Positions 1-10,900 of a stretch of 64,000 nucleotides of DNA are shown in pieces; position 1 is the first letter of the stretch; each line of letters begins with the position of its first letter. Below the pieces are notes generated by a model. It made no database searches, was not told the DNA's origin, and saw nothing but the letters and a program-made list of their open reading frames with translations. The stretch is from Takakia lepidozioides (taxonomy: Eukaryota; Plantae; Bryophyta), in contig CM060733.1 in NCBI GenBank assembly GCA_030704615.1, positions 74,090,001 to 74,154,000 of the forward strand, in the 5' to 3' direction. The position numbers and the translations under genes are program-made.

Positions 1-980
1 CGAGGGCGGTTGCAGTTTTCGAAGGGCGACCTCAAAAGCGGAAGAAGCGTTGAGGGGACATCAACCTGAGCGTGGGGAGGAAATGCATGCTTAGCCCAGC
101 TTAGCTAGCTCAGGAATCCGATTGCAAAAACTTGTATTGTACAAAATTTGCTTTAATGAAATGGTTTTCAAATGTTGTGCTTCCTATTTTGTTTGGAATG
201 GTGATGCCATGGTATGGTTGGCTAGTGTGTAGAATGCATGCTAGCTTACAAAGTGGGAGAGGGTAAAAGTTGGGTTCCCATCGTGTGTTTGCCCATCGTG
301 TGTTTGCCCAGTGCCCAGTGCCGAAATCGGGTGACTCCCATCCAAAGGGCAAGGAAACTTGCGCCTTCTTTGGGAGTTCACGTGCTAGTGCGCACCTAGC
401 GCGTGCGCGTACTATAACTGCGCTACCGAGGGGGTTGCCTTGTAGTGCGGGCTAACGCGGAAGCTACGTGCTTCCGTTCACGTACTATAATCGTGTAGCC
501 TCGGGACGAAGTCGTAGTGCGGCTTCGGCGTGTTCCCGTACCTCAGGCCAGCATTCCAAGGCGGACCCAATTGTAGTGATTGGGGCGCGCGGTTGGTTCA
601 AGGTTATCTTCCTAGTCAAAGAGGGTTCGAGGTGAACCTTTGCTCAAGGTGGTGCCAAAAGCGGCATCATGAGCGGTCGCAAGCAATGTTGTTGCAGTAA
701 GGCGATTTGATCCTCGGGGAGGATCGTTCCTTGGCCTTGAAGTAGGCCAAGAAGAGTGCACTGGGAGGAGCTTGAGAGGCTCCACCCTTGGCCGGGACTT
801 GGAGAAGTCGGTCCGAACTAGCTAGTGGAGAGTAGAGTCAAGTGTGGGGTTTGGTTCTTTGCCATGGGACGCCATGGTACGGAAACAAACTCCTTGATGT
901 GGGACGCCACAACTTGGATGTTCGTTTCCACAAAATGGACAAGCCGATGAGGACATCAACTCCCTGTTGGTAGGGGTGTG
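1..980 (+). mobile_element. 3' end of chromovirus LTR retrotransposon (end of chromodomain, 3' UTR, PPT)
   Basis: Bases 1-53 encode ..AVAVFEGRPQKRKKR*, as at the chromodomain end at 42082; the UTR matches 35061-35940 and 41204-42080; PPT-like TAGGGGTGTG at 971-980 abuts the LTR. Confidence 0.9.
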
Positions 981-2433
981 TGTCGCGGCCCTTTGCCTTG
1001 AGGGCAGGGGGTCGGGACACAAGAGGGGCTGCCCCTGTGGTGGGGGCAGTGGCAGCGATAGGTATGGGGGGCGGAAGCACCCTTGAGTGCCCAAGGCACT
1101 TAAGGAGGCGGAGGCGCTCACTAGGTGGAGCCCCGCACACCAGGTTGCGGTAGGGGTGGCTCCACAAGGGGTGGTGGTAGCTTAGCGGGACTTAGTGGAG
1201 GTGGCATAGGACTCACCCTGGGGCGGAGACCTCGTGGTGGGAGTCGTGGGGAGTCTTGGGACTCATCGAGGTCCATAGGGGCCATGGTGGGTGGGCCAAG
1301 ACTCACCGCGACTCATCACCGGGAGTCGAGGGTGTTCGTGGTGGTTCGCCATAAAATGGCATGGTTGTTTGTGAAACCCCCGCGGACAGCTACAGAAGTA
1401 TATATAGGAAGTAGTAACACCGAGAACGGTGCAAGCCCGTTTGTCGCGGCCCTTTGCCTTGAGGGCAGGGGGTCGGGACACATGAGGGCTGCCCTGTGGT
1501 GGGGGCAGAGGCAGCGATAGGTATGAGGGCTGAAGCACCCTTGAGTGCCCAAGGCACTCAGGGAAGTGGAGGCGCTCACTAGTGGAGCCCCGCACACCGG
1601 GTTGCGGTGGGGGTGGCTCCACAAGGGTGGTGGTAGCTTAGCGGGACTTAGTGGGGGTGGCATAGGACTCACCATGGGGGCGGACACCTCGTGGTGGGAG
1701 TCGTGGGAGTCGTGGGGACTCATCACGGTCCCATAGGGGCCGTGGTGAGTGGGCAAGACTCACCGCGACTCATCACCGGGAGTCGAGGGTTTTCGTGGTG
1801 GTTCGCCATAAAATGGCATGGCTGGTTGTGAAACCCCCGCGGACAGCTACAGAAGTGTATATAGGGAGTAGTAACCCCGAGAACGGTGCAAGCCCGTTGG
1901 TGACCAAAAACTAGTGAGTAAGCGAGCGAGCCAGAAAGCGACCAAAGAGTGGGGAGCTGTTCCGGACTGCCAACTACCAAAGGGAATTCCCGCTGGTTCC
2001 AAATCGGTGGAGGGTTCTTTGGAGAACAAAGGGGGACCGTTATGCCCCGGTGAGCAGCCAAAGCTCCAAGTTGGCCCGGCGGCGGCGGTTGGGAGTTAGG
2101 CGCGCGCATCAAAGCGAGTAACTATGACTTGACGGGGGAGCTTACCAAAGTGAGGTGCGCGACACTCTTGGTGACCAAAAACTAGTGAGTAAGCGAGCGA
2201 GCCGGAAAGTGACCAAAGAGTGGGGAGCTGTTCCGGACTGCCAACTACCAAAGGGAATTCCGCTAGTTCCAAATCGTTGGAGGGTTCTTTGGGAGATCAA
2301 GGGGGGACCATTATGCCCCAGTGAGTAGCCGGAGCTCCAAGTTGGCCCGGCGGCCAGGTTGGGAGTTAGGCGCGCGCATCAAGCGAGTAACGATGACTTG
2401 AGGGGAGAGCTTACCAAAGTGAGGGGCGCGACA
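981..2433 (+). mobile_element. 3' LTR interrupted by a nested solo LTR
   Basis: Starts TGTCGCGGCC, ends GGGCGCGACA; LTR sequence breaks at 1441 and resumes at ~2170 (GGTGACCAAAA). Confidence 0.9.
1442..2164 (+). mobile_element. Solo LTR of the same family nested in an LTR
   Basis: Complete 723-bp TGTCGCGGCC...GTGCGCGACA unit; flanks CCGTT/CTCTT (degenerate TSD). Confidence 0.85.
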
Positions 2434-3185
2434 GCATACCTCTCTGTTGGCAGTGGCCGCCTGTCGGTTTCCAGACTCCTTTGTGGATGCTGTGGGCAAC
2501 GACTGATTTGGAAAGGGAATGGGCATTCCCACGGCTCGGTACAGGATGGTGTTTGATGGGGGTACGTGCCATTCGATTCCGCAACCTCCGTCGTTACCTA
2601 GCACGACAATGGTCTCGTCAACCTGTCCAGGAACATCCTTCCTTTCTTCTTCCAAATAAACTGTGCCCGGTTTGAGCTTGAATTTGGAACAAAGGTAAGT
2701 TTCAGTCACTTTGCAAAGTCCTCCCTTGTTTGGGATCCAGGCTCTCCCAAGTTGCGGAGGACAGCAAACTATAGCGTAGGAATTCGAGCCATCGAAAGAC
2801 CGCACGAAGTTGGCCAGTGCGAGGTTCAGTATAGCGACAGACCAAGGCTCACAGGCACCATATAAGTGGATCTGCGGAGTCCATCGACGATTGGAAGTTG
2901 CACATTGAAGTGGAAAGTATTGTTTCAAGCTACATGCATGAAGGTGGGAGGTGAGATTCCATAGCCAGTAAGTATGACAATGATGGCCGATTCGGCGACG
3001 AAAACATCTCCTGACAGTTTCTCCTGAGGGTGGATTCCAGCAGTATTCTCGGTGCAGACATGAACGTTCGCACTGACAAGTGCCAGGGCTGTTAGTTAAA
3101 ACGGTCAGACAACCAAGTTGTGCTCATTAAGACAGGCCGCAATTGTGTTGTTTCGGAACAATGCAACCCATTGAGGTTCCGCATG
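2434..3185 (-). pseudogene. Duplicate of the 5' part and upstream region of the family A transposase gene
   Basis: Near-identical to 5208-5945; encodes NSYAIVCCPPQLGRAWIP...LCSKFKLKPGTVYLEEE; cut by the LTR at 2433. Confidence 0.85.
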
Positions 3186-3745
3186 CGGAAATGAGGTTCC
3201 GCATTTCCGTCCGGAGTGATACTTTCGATTGCTGTTGGACGGAAATACGACGCCGCATTTCCGTTTTACATCTTAATCATGCACCAGTGCGACGGAAATG
3301 CGGCACGGAGTTTCCATCCGGGGGAAACCTTTAAATTCTCCAGAACGGAAATGCGGTGCCGCATTTCCGTTCTGATTGACAATCATGAACCACGGGAACT
3401 GAAACGCGGCACCGCATTTCCGTCCGAGTTGCACCTTCCGACATACCAGAACGGAAATGCGGCGCTGCATTTCCGTTTTCTATCTCAGGCATGGAGCGGA
3501 GGGACGGAAATTTTGCACCGCATTTCCGTCTGTTTGAGACCTTCATACTCTCCAGAACGGAAATGCGGAACCGCATTTCTGTCCGAGTCGCACCTTCCGA
3601 CATTCCAGAACGGAAATGCGGCGCCGCATTTCCGTTTTGTATATGAGGCATGGAGCTGTGGGACGGAAATGCGGCACCGTATTTCCGTCCAGGTGAGACC
3701 TTCATACTTTCCCGAACGGAAATGCGGCACGACATTTCCGTTCAT
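3186..3745. repeat. Family A palindrome array (GGAAATGCGGCACCGCATTTCC)
   Basis: Palindrome recurs about every 55-60 bp with spacers that themselves repeat. Confidence 0.9.
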
Positions 3746-3759
3746 CAACTAAGATCTCG

Positions 3760-4030
3760 CAAAGATTGAAAGCAATCAAAAATTCATTTGAACATCGAAC
3801 GATGGGTTCACCCTTTCAATCAATTTCGATTGACCTGATACTCAACACGTACCTCTGCCAAGGTATGTCCAACACACTCGCAATGTTTGAAAGCAATCAA
3901 AAATCATTTGAACATCGAACGATGGGTTCACCCTTTCAATCAATTTTGATTGACTTCATACTTGAGAGGAGCATGTGACAAGGTATGTCCAACACATTCG
4001 CAAAGACTGAAAGCAATCAAAAATCATCGC
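3760..4030 (+). repeat. ~120-bp tandem repeat, about 2.3 copies
   Basis: TGAAAGCAATCAAAAAT recurs at ~3767, ~3887 and ~4008. Confidence 0.8.
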
Positions 4031-5567
4031 TTGATGTGATCAAACATCACCCAAGCATTCGACAGGTTTCCAGTTGTCATGCGAGTGACCAAGTCGACTC
4101 CACTCCCAGGCCCACACGTCGACATTTTAAAAATGTAACAACGATCGGATTCGCTGCCTTGCCCTGGAAACCTGCTACCTTGGATGTAGTCATATCCAGT
4201 CATTCGTTTCACCTCCAGGATTGAGTGCATGTCCGACCCCCGGCCGAACTCCTGCTTGCAAGATACGATGTGATTCCGCACATTCAAACTACAAACGTGC
4301 GAGACCGACTCCAACAGGTCAAGCATCTCCTCTTTGTTCAAGGGCACTCGGTCTGAACCATCTTCAGACATGATTTTCCCAAGAGCAATCTTGTGGGCTG
4401 CCTTCAGCTGAATCTGCTTTGGTTTGGCTCTGGGGCTCAATTTCACCTCCTCTTTTATGATGTCGTGTGCTTCCTGTACAACCTCACGCATGTTGCCTCT
4501 CGCCAAGGGGTGGCAGTGGACCCCAACGTGTATGCAAGCTCTAGTCAAGTCCGGGAGCAAATGGATAACGTAATATTGCTTGGCTCTGCACATAGACATG
4601 CACGTCGGTGGTTCTTTGCAATGTGCGCACTTGAAAGTACCCGCAGGAGCTTGGCTGGAGACAATGAATGGATGATGCGTTGTGCCAGTCCAATCCGTCT
4701 CGTTTCTCCGCCCTCCTTTGGAAAGAAAGTGGAAGCAGGCGGAATTCAGGCACCTCAGCTTCCCCGCACAGAGGTCGTATCGTACACGAACACCATCAGC
4801 AATTTTCGAGCTACTGGTCTTCGTCACACACCATCCATGTCTGTTAACATCCCTGAGGCTTTGTTTGAGGAAGTGACAGGTGGAAACTCGAAGATGACAT
4901 TGCCATCGACTTCGGGAGGTAGATACGTTACCTTCCTGACCGGAAATTTGGCATAGTCGAGAGCAGCCAGCTCGGAGCGAGAACCATCGAGGTGATGTTG
5001 CCGTAGGAGCTGCACAATGGACCGGGTTGGAGTTATGCTCGAGAGTACATGCGTAGCACCTGCAGAGACGTCCATGTCGGATTTGAACGACCGTGTGGAG
5101 GACATGGGGACCTCAATGCACTCATCTTCATCGTCGGAAATGTCGAATACGTCCACACGAGAAGCTATGGAGGGTCTTCACGGTCCAGGTCGGGAATGAT
5201 TATCGTTGCATACCTCTCTGTTGGCAGTGGCCGCCTGTCGGTTTCCGGACTCCTTTGTGGATGGTGTGGGCAGCGACTGATTCGGAAAGGGAATGGGCAT
5301 TCCCACAGCTCGGTACAGGATGGTGTCTGATGGGGGTACGTGCCATTCGATTCCGCAACCTCCGTCGTTACCTAGCACGACAATGGTCTCGTCAACCTGT
5401 CCAGGAACATCCTTCCTTTCTTCTTCCAAATAAATTGTGCCCGGTTTGATCTTGAATTTAGAACAAAGGTAAGTTTCGGTCACTCTGCAAAGTCCTCCCT
5501 CGTTTGGGATCCAGGCTCTCCCAAGTTGCGGAGGACAGCAAACTATAGCGTAGGAATTCGGGGCCAT
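4024..5567 (-). pseudogene. Family A GCM-like/Mutator transposase, 3'-truncated and frameshifted
   Basis: ORFs 5178-5771, 4824-5156 and 4024-4827 are collinear with 23669-25220 (CAGKLRC..C, FKCAHC..C, CIHVGVHCHP, FPGQG, WVMFDH); ends just after the first catalytic Asp. Confidence 0.85.
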
Positions 5568-5944
5568 CGAACACCGCATGAAGTTGGCAAGCGCGAGGTT
5601 CAGTATAGCGACAGACGAAGGCTCACAGGCACCATGCGGAGTCCATCGACGATTGGAAGTCGCACATTGAAGTGGAAAGTATAGTTTCAAGCTACATGCA
5701 TGAAGGTGGGAGGTGTGATTCCATAGCCAGTAAGTTAGACAATGATGGCCGAATCGGCGACGAAATAACATCTCCGACAGTTTCTCCTGAGGGTGGATCC
5801 AGCAGTATTCGCGGTACAGACAGGAGCGTTCGCACTGACAAGTGCCAGGACTGTTAGTTAAAACGGTCAGACAACCTAGTTGTGCTCATCAAGACTGGCC
5901 GCAATTCTCTTGTTTCGGAACAATGCAACCCATTCAGGTTCAGC

Positions 5945-7630
5945 ATGCGGAAATGAGGTTTCAGATTTCCGTCCGGAGTGATTCTTTCGATAGCTGCTGC
6001 ACGGAAATACGGCGCCGTATTTCCGTATTGCATCTTGGTCATGCACCAAAGCGACGGAAATGCGGCACCGAGTTTCCGTCCGGGGGAAACCTTTACACTC
6101 TCTAGAACGGAAATGCGGTAACGCATTTCCATCCAGCAAGCACGGTATGTGAAAGTGGAATGGAAATGCGGTACCGCATTTCCGTTCTGATTGAGAATCA
6201 TGAACAAAAGGAACAGAAATGCGGCACCGCATTTCCGCCCGGGTGAGACCTTAACACTCTCCAGAACGGAAATGCGGTAACGCATTTCCATCCAGCAAGC
6301 ACGGTATGTGAAGGTGGAACGGAAATGCGGTACCGCATTTCCGTTCTGACTGAGAATCATGAACAAAGGGAACAGAAATGCGGCACCGCATTTCCGTCCG
6401 AGTCGCACTTTCCGACATTCCAGAACGGAAATGCGGCACCGCATTTCCGCCCCGGTGAGACCTTAACACTCTCCAGAACGGAAATGCGGTAACGCATTTC
6501 CATCCAGCAAGCACGGTATGTGAAGGTGCAACGGAAATGCGGTACCACATTTCCGTTCTGATTGAGAATTATGAACAACGGGAACAGAAATGCGGCACCG
6601 CATTTCCGTCCGAGTGGCACTTTCCGACATTCCAGAACGGAAATGCGGAGCCGCATTTCCGATTTGTATCTGATGCATGGAGCCCAGTGCAATTCCGATC
6701 GCTTGAGACAGCGCAATTCCGACCGCTTCAGACATTCATACTATCCAGAACGGAAATGCGGTACCGCATTTCCGTTCTGACTGTAGATCGTGAACCATCG
6801 GAACTGAAATGCGGCAGTGCATTTCCATCCGAGTCGCACCTCCCTCACAAGCTAGAACGGAAATGCGGCACCGCATTTCCACCAGGGTGAGACCTTCATA
6901 CTCTCCAGAACGGAAATGCGGTACCGCATTTCCGTTCTGACTGTAAATCGTGAACCATCGGAACTGGAATGGGGCAGCGCATTTCCATCCGAGTCGCACC
7001 TTCCTCACAAGCTAGAACGGAAATGCGGCACCGCATTTTCGCCCGGGTGAGACCTTCATACTCTCCAGAACGGAAATGCGGTACCGCATTTCCGTTCTTA
7101 CGAAAAATCGTGAAACATCGGAACTGAAATGCGGTACAGCAATTCCGTCGGAGTCGCACCTTCCGACATTCCAAAACGGAAATGCGGCGCCGCATTTCCT
7201 TTTTGTATGTGAGGCATAGAGCTTTGGAACGAAAATGCGGCACCGCATTTCCACCAGGGTCAGACCTTTATACTGTACAGAACGGAAATGCGGTACCGCA
7301 TTTCCTTTCAGATTGAAAATCATGAACCACGGGAACTGAATTGTTGTGCCGCATTTCCGTCCGAATCGCACGTTTGGACATTCCTGAACGGAAATGCGGT
7401 GCCGCATTTCCCTTTTGTATCTCATACATTGAGCTGTGGGACGGAAATGCGGCACCGTATTTCCGTTCAACAACTAAGGTATGTGAAGGTGGAACGGAAA
7501 TGCGGTGCCGCATTTTCTTCCAACAAGCACGGATGTGTAACTTCGTGATGGTACTTAACGGAAATGCGGCGCCGCATTCGCATTTTCACTCCAACTCCAA
7601 ATTTGAACACGTGGAGCATCGGAATTGCGG
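5945..7630. repeat. Central family A palindrome array between the divergent transposase and ParB-MTase genes
   Basis: Roughly 30 copies of (ACG)GAAATGCGG-YR-CCGCATTTCC(GT), with higher-order repeats of the spacers. Confidence 0.95.
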
Positions 7631-7991
7631 CACGTGTCTGCACTCTATCTGACTGAAGTGGCATGAGGCGGCGCGGCCTGACCGTTGGATAATGATGTTT
7701 GTTTTTCGGACGGCAGGCGTATCCTGAACGATTCGAATTTCGTAATGACGCAAAGTCCACGAGGAGACACTTTCCTCTAACCCTTTCGAACCCAAGTGCT
7801 GCATCACCGCCGTTTCATCTGCTTTTGTCGTGTCTCCTCAGTCACCCCTCTCGTGCCCTTTCCATCTGCACTCTTTGCCCCTTTTCCCTGTCTCTGTTCT
7901 TCTTATGCTCGAACTTGAGAGGGAGGGAGTGCGTGCACCAGAGAAGAGACATCGTCGCAAGCTTCGAAAATTGTACTTCGGACGTAGGCCA

Positions 7992-10900
7992 ATGCCGAAG
8001 GGGAGGAAGCAGATGCATCTACAGGAGGAGATTGCCATCTTGCAGCATCAGGCCAGGCAGGCAACCCAGCCACCAGTGAGAGCTCCGTGCTATCGGGATT
8101 CGCCAGCTGATCGAGCACCGAAACCCGCCTCATTTTTCTTCTGCAATTCTTAGACTGTATGCTAGGAGACTTGACTGCAGAAGATGTTTGCATGCCTAAC
8201 CGGAAAGGTGGACGTGCTGGAGGGATCGCAGGAATCCGAAGAGCCGCAGGCAGAGTCCGTGGAGCTAGCTGCAGCACGCACACCCAGCCGATCCGCGAGC
8301 ACGGGTCTTCCTGCCGGTCCTAGCCCTGTGCGTTTCAAGGACGCGGCTTCCAAGGGCAAGTCCTTGCAGTTCAAAGCCCCAAAGAGCGACTCGCCTTCAA
8401 AGGTCATGGAGAATCGCCAGCAGGGGTCTAGCCCTTCTCCAGCAAAGACGAAGAAGAAGCAGCCCGTCCTTCAACTTGTTTCTGAACCGGACCAGGCCGT
8501 TTCCCCCCCACCCAGGCAAATGAAGCAGATTCAATTGCAGTAGACACCTTCACCTGCAAGAATGAGGAAGCACAAGGCAATCAGGGGGAGGGCAGAGCAG
8601 TCTCCCAAACCGATTCCACGAGCTAAAGCCCAGTTCTTGCTTGATTTCCAACCTACTGCAGCAAAGCCAATGGGATCAACCGGAGATCTGGTACCGGAGG
8701 AGGGTGCTGCCTCTCAACGTTCTCAGCAAGACCTGACCACAGTTGAGGAAGACCTGACCACTGAAGGCCTGGAGGAGGCCTCTTCAATTGCACAATTGTC
8801 CGCAAAGATTCCCCAGAGTGCAGCTCCAGTTGGGGATGCTCAAGCTGCTCAGCCCCTGCCGCCGCCAGCAGAAATGTCTCCGGAGGAATTCCAAAGTGCA
8901 GCGGATACAATGTTGGTGGAGACACATAGTAGCATTGGCAGAGTTCTGGGCAGCAGGGTATTCCAGCGGACTTTTCGAATCCCACTCTGTCGCATGGTCT
9001 CCCTTCCCATCGTCAGGCAGGCACTTCCCGGAGATGTGGATAAGCTCAAGTTCGCATTTCGAGAAGGGTACCGTCTAGGTTCGCCAGCCTTCTACGTTTC
9101 CCTTGAGAATGAGGACGGCAAATCTCGTGGACCCACTGCGGAGGAATTGTCAACATGGGATACCCACTGGCACACTCGCAACGACGAATTCGAGGCAACA
9201 CTGAAGGGTGATCCCGACTTCGGCCATATGTCGGGTAAAATGTTCTTTGTGTGGGACGGGAATCACCGACTTCTCGCCTGGTGGGAGTACATCAAGCAGA
9301 ACCATGCCAAGCACATTGGCTGGCATTACATGGTGGAGTGTGTCATCCTCAAGGTGAAGGCGGCAGACTCCTCCCTGCTCAAGAATGCCATGGCGGACCT
9401 CAACTCGTAAGATACTCATACCCTCCCATGCACGTTCGAAATGCGGTGCCGCATTTTGGTTTCCAATCTGTTTTGTTTCCGTGCTTTCGTGGACTGAACT
9501 GAAGAGTGTGCCTTGCAGGGTCACTGAAAATGCGTACGTGCATACCCACATGGCACATATGCTGTACAGGGTGAGGAAAACTGGTCTCACTGATCCGCAC
9601 ATGTTCGCGGAAATGTTGGAGCCCGAGCTCATTCAGAAAGCCGTGGCAAAAACTAACCGGACATGGTATCGTCTCACTATGGATGGAATGGTGGAGGTCA
9701 TATACAAAGTAAGTCGTCCTTCCATTTCCCTCTACTCATCCTTCCTCAATTTCCGGTAATCTTTCCACATGAATCGAATGTAACGCTTCTGCATGTTTTT
9801 GTTGGCAGTCAAACATCAAGCTGGATTTGGCCCATGCCAAACGCTTCTTCATGGAAAGTGAGGGGCAGGTCAAAACGTTGCAGTCATTGACTGAGCACTT
9901 GAAGGAAGACGGGGTCAAGTCCAGAACGAAATACAAGTCAAAGCTTGTGAAGCTGGTGGCCATTGCAGATCCGGCACTTGGAAAGGACTTCATCCCCGAG
10001 ATTGCAAAACACTATTCTCGGGCCATGCAGCCGACCATGCAGTTGGAGAAACTGCATCACCTCTCAACGGCATGTGTTGAAGCGAAAGAGAAGGTGGTGT
10101 TTCAATTCACTGAAGTTCCTTCCTAGCAATAGCCACTCTTCTTCCTGCTCCTGACATTGGATCGGAAATGGCAGACACGGTGGCTATCGATCTGGAATGC
10201 ATCGGAGAGTATAAGGACAATGTGGTCTTTTCCACTCAAAGTTTCCGACCCTGCAGTGGATGTGTGGCTCAACCGCATGACTTGGTGGTTCCAGGTAATT
10301 CAAGGTACTTCCCCAGATTTGCTTTTCTGAAATGAATTCTTTGAACTGCTACGTGACAATGCATGTGGGAATCGCAGGTAATGACGAATGCGAAGGAGCA
10401 AGTCGTTATGCATACAAATTTGTTCGGCTTGTACGTCAAATGGGATGGAACACAGACATTGGAAGACTACGTGACACGTTTCAGATGTGCTTACAAGGAC
10501 AACCTCTTCGCCAGGGAGCTGCAGACAGCAAGAAGGAGCGTGGAGTTTACACATCAGGAGGGAGCGGGAAAAGCTGCAATGCGAATTGTTTATAGGTGAA
10601 GCCCAGCTGTCCTTGTATGCAAAGCCTGGTAATGAGGTTTGTCTGGGAAATGCGGCACCGCATTCGCATTTTATGTTTTCGGTTGCACTCTGTGAGTACG
10701 TTGGTCTCAACTTTTGCTCACGCATGCTGACTGCCCTGCAGGTATATGAAATACGTGCTTCTTCAGACAGGGGCCCTGGCTCAAGAGCCCCCGTTCTTCA
10801 TGGATTGGACCGTGGCGGGCCCAAGCTGTGTCTACACACCCGAGATGCAGAAACAATGGCATGCCGCGCATCTGGTTGGATGCCCGTGGTACCTGGACAT

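Noticed and set aside
276-322. Short duplications at the UTR position where element C inserted in another copy, as a possible excision footprint
   Set aside because: Similar small duplications occur elsewhere (25270, 31178, 38170); cannot be distinguished from slippage or assembly noise
822-2112. Pro/Gly-rich ORFs within LTRs
   Set aside because: Frames differ between LTR copies, so these are chance ORFs in GC-rich sequence
5945-7630. Palindromic repeats with ~35-bp spacers resembling a CRISPR array (also the B and C arrays)
   Set aside because: The spacers recur as duplicated blocks, spacing is irregular, there are no cas genes, and the context is eukaryotic with introns
8562-9410. Bacterial or plasmid parABS locus, or contamination
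   Set aside because: No ParA is present, the gene has conserved GT-AG introns, and it is nested among chromoviruses
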